The notes below the pieces were generated by a model. The model saw nothing but the letters and a program-made list of their open reading frames with translations, did not search any database and was not told where the DNA came from. Both the position numbers and the translations under genes were made by a program. A stretch of 64,000 bases of DNA from a bacterium (GTDB taxonomy: Bacteria; Patescibacteriota; Saccharimonadia; UBA4664), in assembly GCA_016699105.1 (NCBI GenBank), contig CP064960.1:520727-584726 (forward strand), in the 5' to 3' direction. Positions 23,701-33,630 of the stretch are shown here, piece after piece (the first letter of the stretch is position 1; each line of letters starts with the position of its first letter).

Positions 23701-24982
23701 GGGTGATTCTTGGAAATTTGTTGAAGGTAGTGTTCAAAAACCTAGCCGATCCGGAGGCACTCGTTAAGGCAAAGGAGCGCTTGATTCGTGATGGGTTCGT
23801 AGAGCGGGTTAGTGTAACACAATCTGATGGTGCACTAACCGAGGTGTATAAGGTTATTGTAGATCCTAACAATCGACCACAGCTTGATCCAACAGTTGCT
23901 GAAATCTGGCAAACAATCGAGAGACTCGAAATTCGGAACAATTTGACTGGTATACAGCCACCAGATACGACGACAACTACTGTTGAAAATCAGCCTGGTG
24001 GGCGCATAGAGTTTACGCCTGATGTAGTCAATAATTTGGCAAATAAATTAGCAGGCGATGCCGTTGCTCCGGATGTGCTGGCTGACGTTAAGCGACAGAC
24101 TCAAGACCTGATCGTAGAAGCTGTGGCCAATCGGTGGGCTAGTATTTATTCTCCCAGCGCTGAAACTGATCGGCAGTTTTATAGTTTGAACTCGGGTGTG
24201 GCCGATGAGCAAGTTGCAGCCTTTGGGGCACTGATGAATGTGGTTAACCGGCTGGGCGAACTGGGGCAAACAGTGGAGGTCGATGAGCAAGCAGCACTGG
24301 CTCGGCGTCAAGAAGCAGTACAGACAACACGGCGCGAACTGTCTGCCGCAGATATTACGCGTGAAGCAGCCTATTTGGAAAGGACTGCACAGGATTTAAT
24401 GCAACAGCGGTCAGAGTTAAAAAGTAACAAAAAAAGACGCTAATCGTAGAGCTTTACTCAAGCTTGGTGAAACCATGGTGCGTCGTGGTTTTGCAATAGA
24501 AACTTAAAGAAGGTGAAATTGCACCGGCTGAGGGTATATTAGACGCAGACGCCCGCAAAGCGATCGATACCTATAATGCGTTTGTACGATTTACCGCCGG
24601 TCAGACGAGTTTTGATGATGAACCGTATGATCGACAGTTTGAAGCCGATAAGATGCGAGAGCGAGAGCGGGTAGAGACTGAATTTGAGGATCGTTTAAGC
24701 TTGATCGAGAATGATATACTGAGCAATTTCGTAAACTCGTTTGACACAAGTATTGAAGCAGCCAATGATGCTGATGCCTTACGTGCAGGTATTACAGCGA
24801 TGTTTAATAATGCTATCGCGAATGGTCTAGCGCAACGAAGTGCTGGAACAGCGAATTTGGAGCCTGTCATGATACCGAATACTGACCGTGAATCAGAAGT
24901 ATCAAAATCATTTGTTGATGCCTTCAACGATGCGCGTCAACGAGTCTATAGACGTGTGGCAGAACTGAGAGATACTACCTAA
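20779..24982 (+). CDS. large acidic hypothetical protein(s) of about 1400 aa, split into 5 ORFs by frameshifts
   Basis: The ORFs are 20779-21468, 21441-22145, 22154-23767, 23688-24443 and about 24500-24982. They overlap or abut in different frames. An upstream in-frame extension of each next ORF is open; for example frame 0 is open from 21333, and a switch at the GGGG run near 21370 would join ORF1 to ORF2. The proteins are acidic, helix-rich and low in complexity, with no signal peptide and no recognisable domain. Confidence 0.5.
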
Positions 24983-25095
24983 GAGTTGGTTGTATTAGAG
25001 CGAATGGCCGGCTAGAAAAGCGCTCGCGGGCATGTCTTTGGAGCCAGCGGGTTTGAGGGAGTCTATTATCAAAATGCCGTCAGTAGTATGGCATA

Positions 25096-25933
25096 TTAGT
25101 TGTTTGCCGATTTTTCAAATGTGCCAGCAGGCTGCAAGAGTGGGTTAGGGTCTAACCAAATATGGGCACCGGTGATAGTGACATCGGTGCCGGTGATGGT
25201 CGTTATGCTCCCTGGCCAGCCGGCATAGGCTCTGATTTGACGCTCAATATGGCGAGCCGGCTGCTGCCAGTTGATCTGGCTCATTGGCTTGGTAAGGCGT
25301 TGATCATATGAGGCTTGAATATCATCTTGAGGTTGGGCTACCAATGTACCATCGATAATACTGGGAAGAGTTTTAATGAGCTGCTCAGCGCCAAGTAGTC
25401 CCAAGTGGTCAGCTAGGGCTTGCTTAGTTATGGTATCCGCAAGCGGTACGGTAACTTGATAAAATACTGGTCCCGCGTCCATGGCTGGAGCGAGCTGCAT
25501 CAATGAGATGCCGGTGATATTGTCGCCATCTCGAATAACGGCTTCCAGAGGTATTGGTCCGCGATGGTGGGGTAAGAGTGAGGGGTGTAGGTTAATAATA
25601 CCGTGCGGAAACGCTTGGATGACACTGGTTGGCATGAGTCGGCCATAGGCCACAAGTATACCTATATCGGCTTTTAGTGCCGTGATTTCATCAGTGGAGA
25701 TGTGTGAAAGGAGGAATGTTGTGGGTGGCAGCAAACGTACTAATTTCTAATTCCCGATGCTTTCGCGATGATCCGGCATTGGTGCTCGTGACAATAGCGC
25801 AGATATTGTAACCAGCAGTTTGTAATGCTTGCAGTACTGGCAACTGTGTAGTTACTCCTGTAGCCAGCCGCTCATTGCCAAAAAGATGAGGCGCTTGTTC
25901 ATGAAGTGGTGGTTGAGCTGAGGGCAGGTACAA
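25096..25933 (-). CDS. fmt: methionyl-tRNA formyltransferase, with a frameshift near 25700-25734
   Basis: INLHPSLLPHHRGPIPLEAVIRDGDNITGISLMQLAPAMDAGPVF is the Fmt core. The N-terminal part (LQALQTAGYNICAIVTSTNAGSSRK) is in a separate overlapping ORF, 25691-25933. Confidence 0.85.
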
Positions 25934-26450
25934 ATTTGCCTTCAGCGGTTAAACGAAACAGTTTGGCCTGGTCTTTGATATGGTCAACGAACACCGTGCC
26001 GTTGGTGTGGTCTATTTCATGCTGAAATACCCGTGCCAAAAAGCCGGTAGCTGTTAGTCTGATAGGCTTACCCGAAAGGTCTAAGGCTTTGACTTTGACT
26101 TTGGGATAGCGAGCGACCGAACCATAGAGGTCTTTGACGCTCAAGCAACCTTCGAGATCTTCGATCGGCTCACCTTCATATTTGGCAATTTCCGGATTGA
26201 TTAACACGCTGAAGCTGCGGTCGGACTTGTCATCAAAGTTATTGCGCACGACTACGACGCGAAGTAATTGTCCGACTTGGACAGCAGCTAAAGCGGCACC
26301 AATTTCATGGTCTCGGCTCGACTCCCACTCAAGGGTGGCGGCAATCATACCGGCGGCCAAATTTTGGACGTCGTCGTCGATGTGACCGATGCGTACAGAT
26401 CGTTGGTGTAAGCGCGGGTCAGGTAGGGTAATGATGTCTTGTGCAGTCAT
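25899..26450 (-). CDS. def: peptide deformylase
   Basis: Motifs GAALAAVQVG, EGCLSV and QHEIDHTNG. The start is probably MTAQDIITLPDP at 26450. Confidence 0.9.
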   Translation of the reverse strand: MTAQDIITLPDPRLHQRSVRIGHIDDDVQNLAAGMIAATLEWESSRDHEIGAALAAVQVGQLLRVVVVRNNFDDKSDRSFSVLINPEIAKYEGEPIEDLEGCLSVKDLYGSVARYPKVKVKALDLSGKPIRLTATGFLARVFQHEIDHTNGTVFVDHIKDQAKLFRLTAEGKFVPALSSTTTS

Positions 26451-26464
26451 ACCCTGACATTGTA

Positions 26465-28314
26465 CTAGAGTAGGTTGATAGGGTCGAGATCTACAATCCA
26501 AGAAGTGCCGGCAAGTTGTTGGGCGATTTCCACTAAGGGTGGCCGCCGCGGGCTTTTGACGGTGATGGTCCAACGGTAATGATTGGCGATGGTCTCCAGA
26601 AAGGCCGGTGCCGGTCCAATGATTTCAAGCCCCCGCACCCGTCTGAGCTTCTGCGCAAGCTCGGTAGCTTGACGTTGAGCGGCGGCTGAAGACGATTGGC
26701 TCGTTTCGAGATGTAGGAGATAGGTGAATGGTGGATAGCGGAGTGCCGAGCGTTCAGCGAGCTCGGTGGCTACGAATTCGTGGTAGTTATGAATTGCAGC
26801 AGTTGTAATGGCAGGGTGCGTCGGTGAATAGGTCTGGACATAGACATGTCCTGGTCGATCACCGCGACCAGCACGACCAGCTACCTGATTGAGTAATTGG
26901 AAGGTACGTTCAGTGGCAGTGAAATCTGGTAAAAACAAGAGTGTGTCAGCGCTAATGACACCAACGACATCAACCGCTGGCAAATCGAGTCCCTTGGCGA
27001 TCATTTGGGTGCCAATAACAATATCAAGTAGTCCGCGATCGAGTTTTTTGAGGGTGTCTTTGAGGTGTTTGAGCGTGGCCGAATCGCGATCAAGCCGGGC
27101 AATCCTGGCTTCAGGAAACAACCGAAGTATTTCAGCCTCAACCCTTTTGGTACCGACTCCCAGCAACTTTAGATTGGGACTCGTACATTGGGCGCAGATT
27201 GCTGGTACCGCTTGGCGCCAATTACAGTGATGGCAAATGAGTCGCAGGCTGTCGGCGTGAAAGGTGACAGGCAAGTGACAATTGGGGCAGGTACTAACAT
27301 AGCCACAATCATCACACACTTGAGCCGACGCACTGCCGCGCCGATTTAAATACAACAAAGCTTGGCGTTTTTGGTCCAAGGCTTCAGTAATGCCGGCAAT
27401 AAGTGGCTCGGAAATAATTTTACTTTGTTTGAATAAATCTTTGTTGCGTAAGTCGATGATCGTGCTTTTGGCAGCGGTAAGTTGTTAGCTCTTGTCGGTA
27501 GGAAAACAGTCTTAAATCGGCCTTGTGTAGTTAAATATTGTTCATTAATTCCGGGTGTCGCCGATCCCAGCACGAGGCGTGCGGTGCATAACCGAGCCAA
27601 ATACGTGGCGACAGCGAGGGTGTGGTAGCGTGGTTGGCGGTCTTGTTTGTAACTGCTTTCGTGACATTCGTCGACGACAATCAGCCCGATCTGCCAGGCA
27701 GGCAAGAATAGACAAGAACGAGGACCAATAATGATCTTTGGTTGCTTGGCGTCAGTCGCCGCTAATGCTTGTTTCCAGATGCTATGGCGGTTAGCCTCAG
27801 TCATTTTGGAATGACTGGCCAGTACTACGCCACTGCCGAACGTGGTTTCGAACTGACGGACGATTTGAGGGGTCAAGGTGATTTCCGGTACTAAGATGAT
27901 GGCACTGCGATTTGAGGCTAGGCATTTAGTTACCAGTTCAAGGTAGACCCGCGTTTTACCTGAACCGGTGACGCCTTCGAGTAATATTCGGTCGAGTTTC
28001 GGATCAGCTAGGACTGTCAACGCATGCTGTTGGTCTGAGGTTAGAGCAAAAGCTGGCAATCCAGTACCAGATGATGGTGTAATTTCAACAGTAGTCCGGC
28101 GATGTTTACTTAGGCCGGTCGGTAAAAACGTATTCCAAACCGTAGTTAACGAAGTAGCATAGTACGTGCTCATCCAAGTAGCCAATTCTTGGAGATAGGT
28201 TGGTAACACCGGCACATCCAGTGCCGTTCCCACTGACTTGGTGGCAAAATCCGGTTTAGTTGTAATTTGTTTGACGACACCAATCAGTTGTCGCCGGCCA
28301 AACGGTATCTCCAC
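26465..28314 (-). CDS. priA: primosomal protein N' (PriA helicase), with a single frameshift near 27440-27470
   Basis: The helicase N-terminal ORF 27346-28314 carries GVTGSGKT, DECHE and LGSATP. The C-terminal ORF 26465-27379 carries LNRRG, the Cys-rich zinc-binding CDDCGY...CPNCH...CHHC, and GTQMIAKG. The two join if one base is restored in the run at about 27465. Confidence 0.9.
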
Positions 28315-28448
28315 GATGGTGCCAGAGCCAGTCCAGCTGGACCATGATACGTAAAGACACTGGCAACCCCAGTGTAGTTGGTGGGTACGATCTGATAATA
28401 GTGGTCGGACATGGAGATATCATACCAAGCTTGATACAATTAACGTGT

Positions 28449-29105
28449 ATGTATTTCTCTGACCGGCACGAAGCTGGTAATTTACTGGCTGAAGAACTCA
28501 TGAAATATCGATTTGAGCCAACGTCAGTTTTGGCTTTGTCGCCGGGTGGAGTAGCTGTGGGCGAACAAATCGCTAAACGATTACATTGTACGCTGTCTTT
28601 GCTGTTGACAGCGCGCATTTCAGCACCGGGAGACGACAGTTTAGTGCTAGGTACGCTCGATCAAAGTGGCGTATTTACTTATAATTCCATGATCAGTGCT
28701 GGTCAAATGGAAGAGTACATGGAAGATACACGTACGTTTCTGGAAGAAGAAAAGTTGCGTCATTTGTATCAGATGACAACGTTGTTAGGTGAAGATGGGG
28801 ATTCGAATATGGATCGGTTGCGGAATACCAATGTCATTATTGCGACTGATGGAGTTAAAAATGGCATTTCCATTGATGCCGCCATGAATTATTTACATCA
28901 TGTGCCCTTCAAAAAGGCGATAGCAGCTATTCCGGTGGGCCCTGCTGAAGTAATTGAACGATTGCATGCGATCGTCAATGAACTGCATTATTTGTACATA
29001 CCGGATAATTTTATCAGAGTTAGTCATTATTTTACTGACGAACCAGAAATTGATCCCGACTCAATAATAGAGCGACTCAATAGCGTCAAAGCAAACTGGG
29101 TTTGA
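28449..29105 (+). CDS. phosphoribosyltransferase-family protein (COG1926-like, tandem PRTase)
   Basis: MYFSDRHEAGNLLAEEL is the typical N-terminus. PRTase-like motifs are VLALSPGGVAVG and VIIATDGVKNGISI. The ORF track starts it at 28344. Confidence 0.7.
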   Translation: MYFSDRHEAGNLLAEELMKYRFEPTSVLALSPGGVAVGEQIAKRLHCTLSLLLTARISAPGDDSLVLGTLDQSGVFTYNSMISAGQMEEYMEDTRTFLEEEKLRHLYQMTTLLGEDGDSNMDRLRNTNVIIATDGVKNGISIDAAMNYLHHVPFKKAIAAIPVGPAEVIERLHAIVNELHYLYIPDNFIRVSHYFTDEPEIDPDSIIERLNSVKANWV

Positions 29106-29142
29106 CGAGATTTATCAGGTAGCCTATAGTGAGTAACCAGAT

Positions 29143-30474
29143 ATGAGTCTACGAGTCAAACTAGCAATTATCGCTCTGCTTGCTGCTATGTCGGCAGTAT
29201 TGGCCTACCCCAGGGAAGACCAGTTGTTTGCAGCTATTGGCCTCAAAGACACCGTCATGAAAGTGCGCCAGGGTTTGGATTTGCAAGGTGGCGCGCAACT
29301 GGTTTTTCAAGCCGATTTAAACGGTGTCGAAGCTGCCCAGCGTAGTTCGGCTATACAATCGCTGATTGCTGTGATTAATAAGCGAGCTAATTTCGGCGGT
29401 ACCAGTGAAATTGTGGTTCAGCAGCAGGGGAGTGATAAAGTCAGTGTCAGTTTACCGGGCGTCAAAGATGTTGATGAAGCCATTTCGCGTATTGGTAAGA
29501 CAGCTAATCTGACGTTTGTAGAAATTAATGCTGCCGATGGTACTCAGACTCCAACAGGCATTGATGGTAAAGATATCGATTCAGCTACTGCTGACTATGA
29601 TCCGCAAAAATTGCAGCCAGTCGTACGATTGAAGCTCAAATCCGGCGATGCTACCAAGCGATTCGGTGAGATGACGACTAAATTGAGCCAAACTGGTAAT
29701 TTGTTACTGGCCGTACTCGATGACCAGCCAACATTTGGCCCAGCCAGAACTGAAGCCATCAATGATGGTATCGCCATACTTTCAGGTAATATGGACATCG
29801 CTGAAGCCCGCAAAATAGCTGAAGAGATCACGGCTGGTGCATTGCCAGTGCCCGTCACTCTCGTTGAACAACGCTCAGTTGGACCAACACTCGGACAAGA
29901 AAGTGTGAGTAGGTCATTGGTGGCAGGGCTTATTGGCTTGATAACGGTAGCTCTATTCATGATTGCGTATTACCGCTTGGCCGGAGTTTTAGCCGTATTG
30001 GCGCTCACGTTTTATACAACTCTGACGCTGGCGATATATAAATTGTCGGGCTTTGTACCGGGGTATACGATCGTGCTGACACTGGCCGGAATTGCTGGCT
30101 TTATTTTGAGTATTGGCATGGCGGTTGACGCAAATATTTTGACCTTTGAGCGGTTGAAAGAAGAACTGCGGGCGGGAAAGAGTTTTCGTATGGCGACCGA
30201 AACTGCGTTTGACCGTTCGTGGACGAGTATTCGAGATTCGAATGTCAGCACGCTTATTACCTGTGTGATTTTATTTGTGACTTCGGGGTCGACGCCGATT
30301 ATTCGAGGCTTTGCAGTAACACTGGGCTTAGGTGTACTTATCTCAATGTTTACCGCTATTGTCGTGACTCGTAGCTTGATGCGCGTCGTTATCAGAGCAC
30401 CTTGGGCTCGTAATCCCAAATTCTATGGCTTAAAAATAGCTCAACCGACGAAGGCAGAGGAGGCACAAGTATGA
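29143..30474 (+). CDS. secD: protein translocase subunit SecD
   Basis: 443 aa with an N-terminal TM, a periplasmic domain and C-terminal multi-TM segments carrying the SecD/F signatures. Confidence 0.9.
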   Translation: MSLRVKLAIIALLAAMSAVLAYPREDQLFAAIGLKDTVMKVRQGLDLQGGAQLVFQADLNGVEAAQRSSAIQSLIAVINKRANFGGTSEIVVQQQGSDKVSVSLPGVKDVDEAISRIGKTANLTFVEINAADGTQTPTGIDGKDIDSATADYDPQKLQPVVRLKLKSGDATKRFGEMTTKLSQTGNLLLAVLDDQPTFGPARTEAINDGIAILSGNMDIAEARKIAEEITAGALPVPVTLVEQRSVGPTLGQESVSRSLVAGLIGLITVALFMIAYYRLAGVLAVLALTFYTTLTLAIYKLSGFVPGYTIVLTLAGIAGFILSIGMAVDANILTFERLKEELRAGKSFRMATETAFDRSWTSIRDSNVSTLITCVILFVTSGSTPIIRGFAVTLGLGVLISMFTAIVVTRSLMRVVIRAPWARNPKFYGLKIAQPTKAEEAQV

Positions 30475-31394
30475 ATATAATTGGCCACCGACGGTTATGG
30501 TATGCGATCTCGCTGCTGTTGATCGTACCGGGAATTGTGTCTTTGTGGTTTTGGGGATTGCGACTGGGTATTGACTTCAGCTCAGGTCAATTATTGACTG
30601 TGCGCGGTGAAGCAACACAGGCCGTGGTCGATGAGGCTGCCATTGGCTTTGGTTTCACTGATATTGTGGTGGTACCGGCCAGTGGTGACCAAACGCAAAT
30701 ACGATACCGTGATCCATCGGAGCAAAAAGACCATGAAGCTAATCACCAGCGGTTCCGGTCGGCCTTGGAACAACGAGGGCTAGTGGAATTGTCTTTCGAT
30801 TCGGTGGGACCAACGGTATCGACGTCCATTGCCCAAAATGCAATCTTAAGCTTGGTGCTCGCGAGTGTAGCAATTGTGCTCTACATCGCCTATGCTTTCC
30901 GTAATACGCCGCCGCCTATATCGAGTTGGAGTTTTGGGTTTATGGCAGTCGCAGCATTGCTACACGATTCGTTACTCTTGCTGGGTATATTTTCGCTGCT
31001 AGGACATTTTTGGGCAGTAGAGATAGATGCATTGTTTGTGACGGCAGTACTGACAGTTATTGGTTTTAGTGTGCATGACACAATTGTGGTATTTGACCGC
31101 ATCCGTGAGAACTTGCGACGACGAAAGGGTAGTTTTGAGCAAATCGTGAACGACTCAATCTTGGAGACACTGGCACGGTCGCTGAATACTTCATTTACCG
31201 TCATGCTGACGCTATTGGCATTATTGTTGTTTGGTGGTCACTCCATTCGGATGTTTGTCCTAGCACTCTTGATCGGAATTGCTGCTGGTACGTATTCGTC
31301 GATATTTAATGCCTCACCATTGCTTGTGACATGGTACAACTACCAACAACGACGAATGGCCCGTCAATCAGCAGTTCGTCGCAAACACGCCTGA
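30471..31394 (+). CDS. secF: protein translocase subunit SecF
   Basis: 307 aa. It overlaps the secD stop (ATGA). SecF TM motifs are present (FDRIRENL, SIFNASPLL). Confidence 0.9.
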   Translation: MNIIGHRRLWYAISLLLIVPGIVSLWFWGLRLGIDFSSGQLLTVRGEATQAVVDEAAIGFGFTDIVVVPASGDQTQIRYRDPSEQKDHEANHQRFRSALEQRGLVELSFDSVGPTVSTSIAQNAILSLVLASVAIVLYIAYAFRNTPPPISSWSFGFMAVAALLHDSLLLLGIFSLLGHFWAVEIDALFVTAVLTVIGFSVHDTIVVFDRIRENLRRRKGSFEQIVNDSILETLARSLNTSFTVMLTLLALLLFGGHSIRMFVLALLIGIAAGTYSSIFNASPLLVTWYNYQQRRMARQSAVRRKHA

Positions 31395-31504
31395 TATAGC
31401 CGGCATAAAACTTGTCGGAAAGGGATGTTGTAAAAAAGACTTGCATTTAGCTTACGCTTGGCGTAGGGTTAGGTAGTAAATAACAAATAACAAAATACAA
31501 ACAG

Positions 31505-31789
31505 ATGCTGGAATTATTCATAACGTCAAAAACGCGACGTAAAATCATCGTCGTATATACTAAATATCCTGATTTCCGAATGCACGTTCGAGGTCTTGCT
31601 AAAATGATCAAAGAAGATCCTGGCAACGTGCAGCGTGAGCTCAAACGCTTGGCGGAAGTTGGCTTTGTGATAGTCAAAGATGAAGGTAATTCTAAAGTTT
31701 ATGCCGCTAACCCGCGGTTTTTGCTGTATCGCGAATTGCAGGGACTGGTGCTCAAGAGTCAAGCGCGACGTGGGAGCCGACAATTATGA
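31505..31789 (+). CDS. small hypothetical protein, possibly a winged-helix DNA-binding protein
   Basis: 94-aa basic protein (TSKTRRKIIVVYTKYPDFRMHVRGLAKMI...ELKRLAEVGFVIVKDEGNSKVYAANPRF) with a wHTH-like pattern. The assignment is weak. Confidence 0.45.
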   Translation: MLELFITSKTRRKIIVVYTKYPDFRMHVRGLAKMIKEDPGNVQRELKRLAEVGFVIVKDEGNSKVYAANPRFLLYRELQGLVLKSQARRGSRQL

Positions 31790-31968
31790 AACAGATGATT
31801 GGGTTAATTCTTGATCTGTGGCAACCCCGGCCAGTTTACCGACCGCGATTATATGATTATCGGACACCTGAGCCGCCGATGGGTTTTGTTTTGCGTAGTG
31901 ATCCCAACTATTTTTTCTTAGCTCGCAAGTTTTAGTTACATCCGATTCGTTCTTGATATACTTGGTTC

Positions 31969-33630
31969 ATGAGTGATCATAATCAGAACCGGGATATGTC
32001 GTTCGATATACCACCGATTGTACAACAATTGTTGGCTAGTCGCGGCGTGAATACGCCAGAGGATATCAAACGATTTTTATATCCAGATTTTATGTCAGAA
32101 CTCCATGACCCGCTGGCGATGCTGGATATGGATAAGGCTGTAGCGCGCATAGTCCAAGCTATCGAGCAGCGCGAAAACGTGGTCATATATGGCGATTATG
32201 ATATCGATGGCATTACGGCAACGGCATTGCTAGTATCGGCTTTCGAGCTTTGGGGGCTACCAGTTACTTCGTATATTCCCGACCGATTCGAGGAAGGATA
32301 TGGTATCAACCAAGACGCGCTCGTTGGCCTCAAGGCAGCCGGTGCCGAACTTGTCATCAGTGTAGATTGTGGCATTACGAGTGTGGCAGAAGCCGAGTGG
32401 GCACAGCAACATGGTCTTGATCTGGTTATAACTGACCATCATTCGCCGCCCGAACGCACACCCGAGGCGATTGCGGTCGTGAACCCGAAGCGTGAAGGCG
32501 ATGAATACCCGTTCAAGGAGTTGGCTGGTGTGGGTGTGGCCTACAAGCTGGTCCAGGCTGTAGCCCAAGGCTTAGGTCGGCCCGATGCCGGACAACTAAA
32601 GTGGTTACTTGATCTGGTGGCCTTAGGCACCGTCTGTGACGTTGTGACGCTAACTGGCGAAAATCGGGCACTCGTCTATTTTGGGCTCAAAGTCTTGCGT
32701 CAAACGCGACGAGTTGGTCTGCGGGCATTGGCGGAGGTAGCAGGAATAGATATAACTACTATTCGCAGTTCACATTTAGGGTTTGGCTTGGGGCCACGGC
32801 TCAATGCCGCTGGTCGGTTAGAGCATGCGGCTTTAAGCCTAGAGCTTGTATTAACTACTGACGAGCTAAAAGCCCAGTCGATCGCGCAAATGCTAGACAA
32901 TCTCAATCAACAACGGCGGAGCGATCAAGCGTCGATTGTAGAAGGGGCACTCGTTCAAGCTCAGACCTTTGTGGCCGATCCGGTTGTGGTTTTGGCACAT
33001 GAAGCATGGTCGCATGGAATAGTGGGCATTGCGGCGGCAAAAGTGGTTGAGCAAGTTGGTAAACCAGTGCTGGTAGCTCAAATATTGGGAGATCATACCA
33101 AAGGTTCTGCCCGCAGTGTGCCTGGTTTTAACATAGTTGAAGCTTTGCGAGCCAGGCCGGACTTATTCATCAAGTTTGGTGGTCACGCTTACGCTGCTGG
33201 ATTTACAATTGCTACCAATCGTTTAAACGAGTTACGCAATCATCTCAATGCGTATTGGCGACAAAACTTACCTGCAGATTTAGATTTAACGAATCGTGGC
33301 GATATTCAACTGGATAGTGTCGGGATGATCGATGGTAAGCTCATGGCAGCGCTTCAAATGCTTGAGCCATTTGGGAACGGTAACCCAGAACCGGTTATTG
33401 AATTGCAAAAGATACAGTTGGTTGATACTAAATTGATGGGTAGCAATCGCCAGCATGTGCGCGGAACACTCCGTGACTTAGAGTCGGCTCGGTTGCCATT
33501 GGTGGCGTTTGGCTGGGGAGACCGACTTGACGAATTGGCACAAGCGACTACACTGATAGGCACTTTGAACCAAAATGATTGGCGCGGAGTCACGACAGTA
33601 CAGTTTGTGGCAAGGAGAATACGAGCTTGA
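31969..33630 (+). CDS. recJ: single-stranded-DNA-specific exonuclease RecJ
   Basis: DHH motifs YGDYDIDGITATALL and ITDHHSPP, followed by a DHHA1 domain. Confidence 0.9.
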   Translation: MSDHNQNRDMSFDIPPIVQQLLASRGVNTPEDIKRFLYPDFMSELHDPLAMLDMDKAVARIVQAIEQRENVVIYGDYDIDGITATALLVSAFELWGLPVTSYIPDRFEEGYGINQDALVGLKAAGAELVISVDCGITSVAEAEWAQQHGLDLVITDHHSPPERTPEAIAVVNPKREGDEYPFKELAGVGVAYKLVQAVAQGLGRPDAGQLKWLLDLVALGTVCDVVTLTGENRALVYFGLKVLRQTRRVGLRALAEVAGIDITTIRSSHLGFGLGPRLNAAGRLEHAALSLELVLTTDELKAQSIAQMLDNLNQQRRSDQASIVEGALVQAQTFVADPVVVLAHEAWSHGIVGIAAAKVVEQVGKPVLVAQILGDHTKGSARSVPGFNIVEALRARPDLFIKFGGHAYAAGFTIATNRLNELRNHLNAYWRQNLPADLDLTNRGDIQLDSVGMIDGKLMAALQMLEPFGNGNPEPVIELQKIQLVDTKLMGSNRQHVRGTLRDLESARLPLVAFGWGDRLDELAQATTLIGTLNQNDWRGVTTVQFVARRIRA

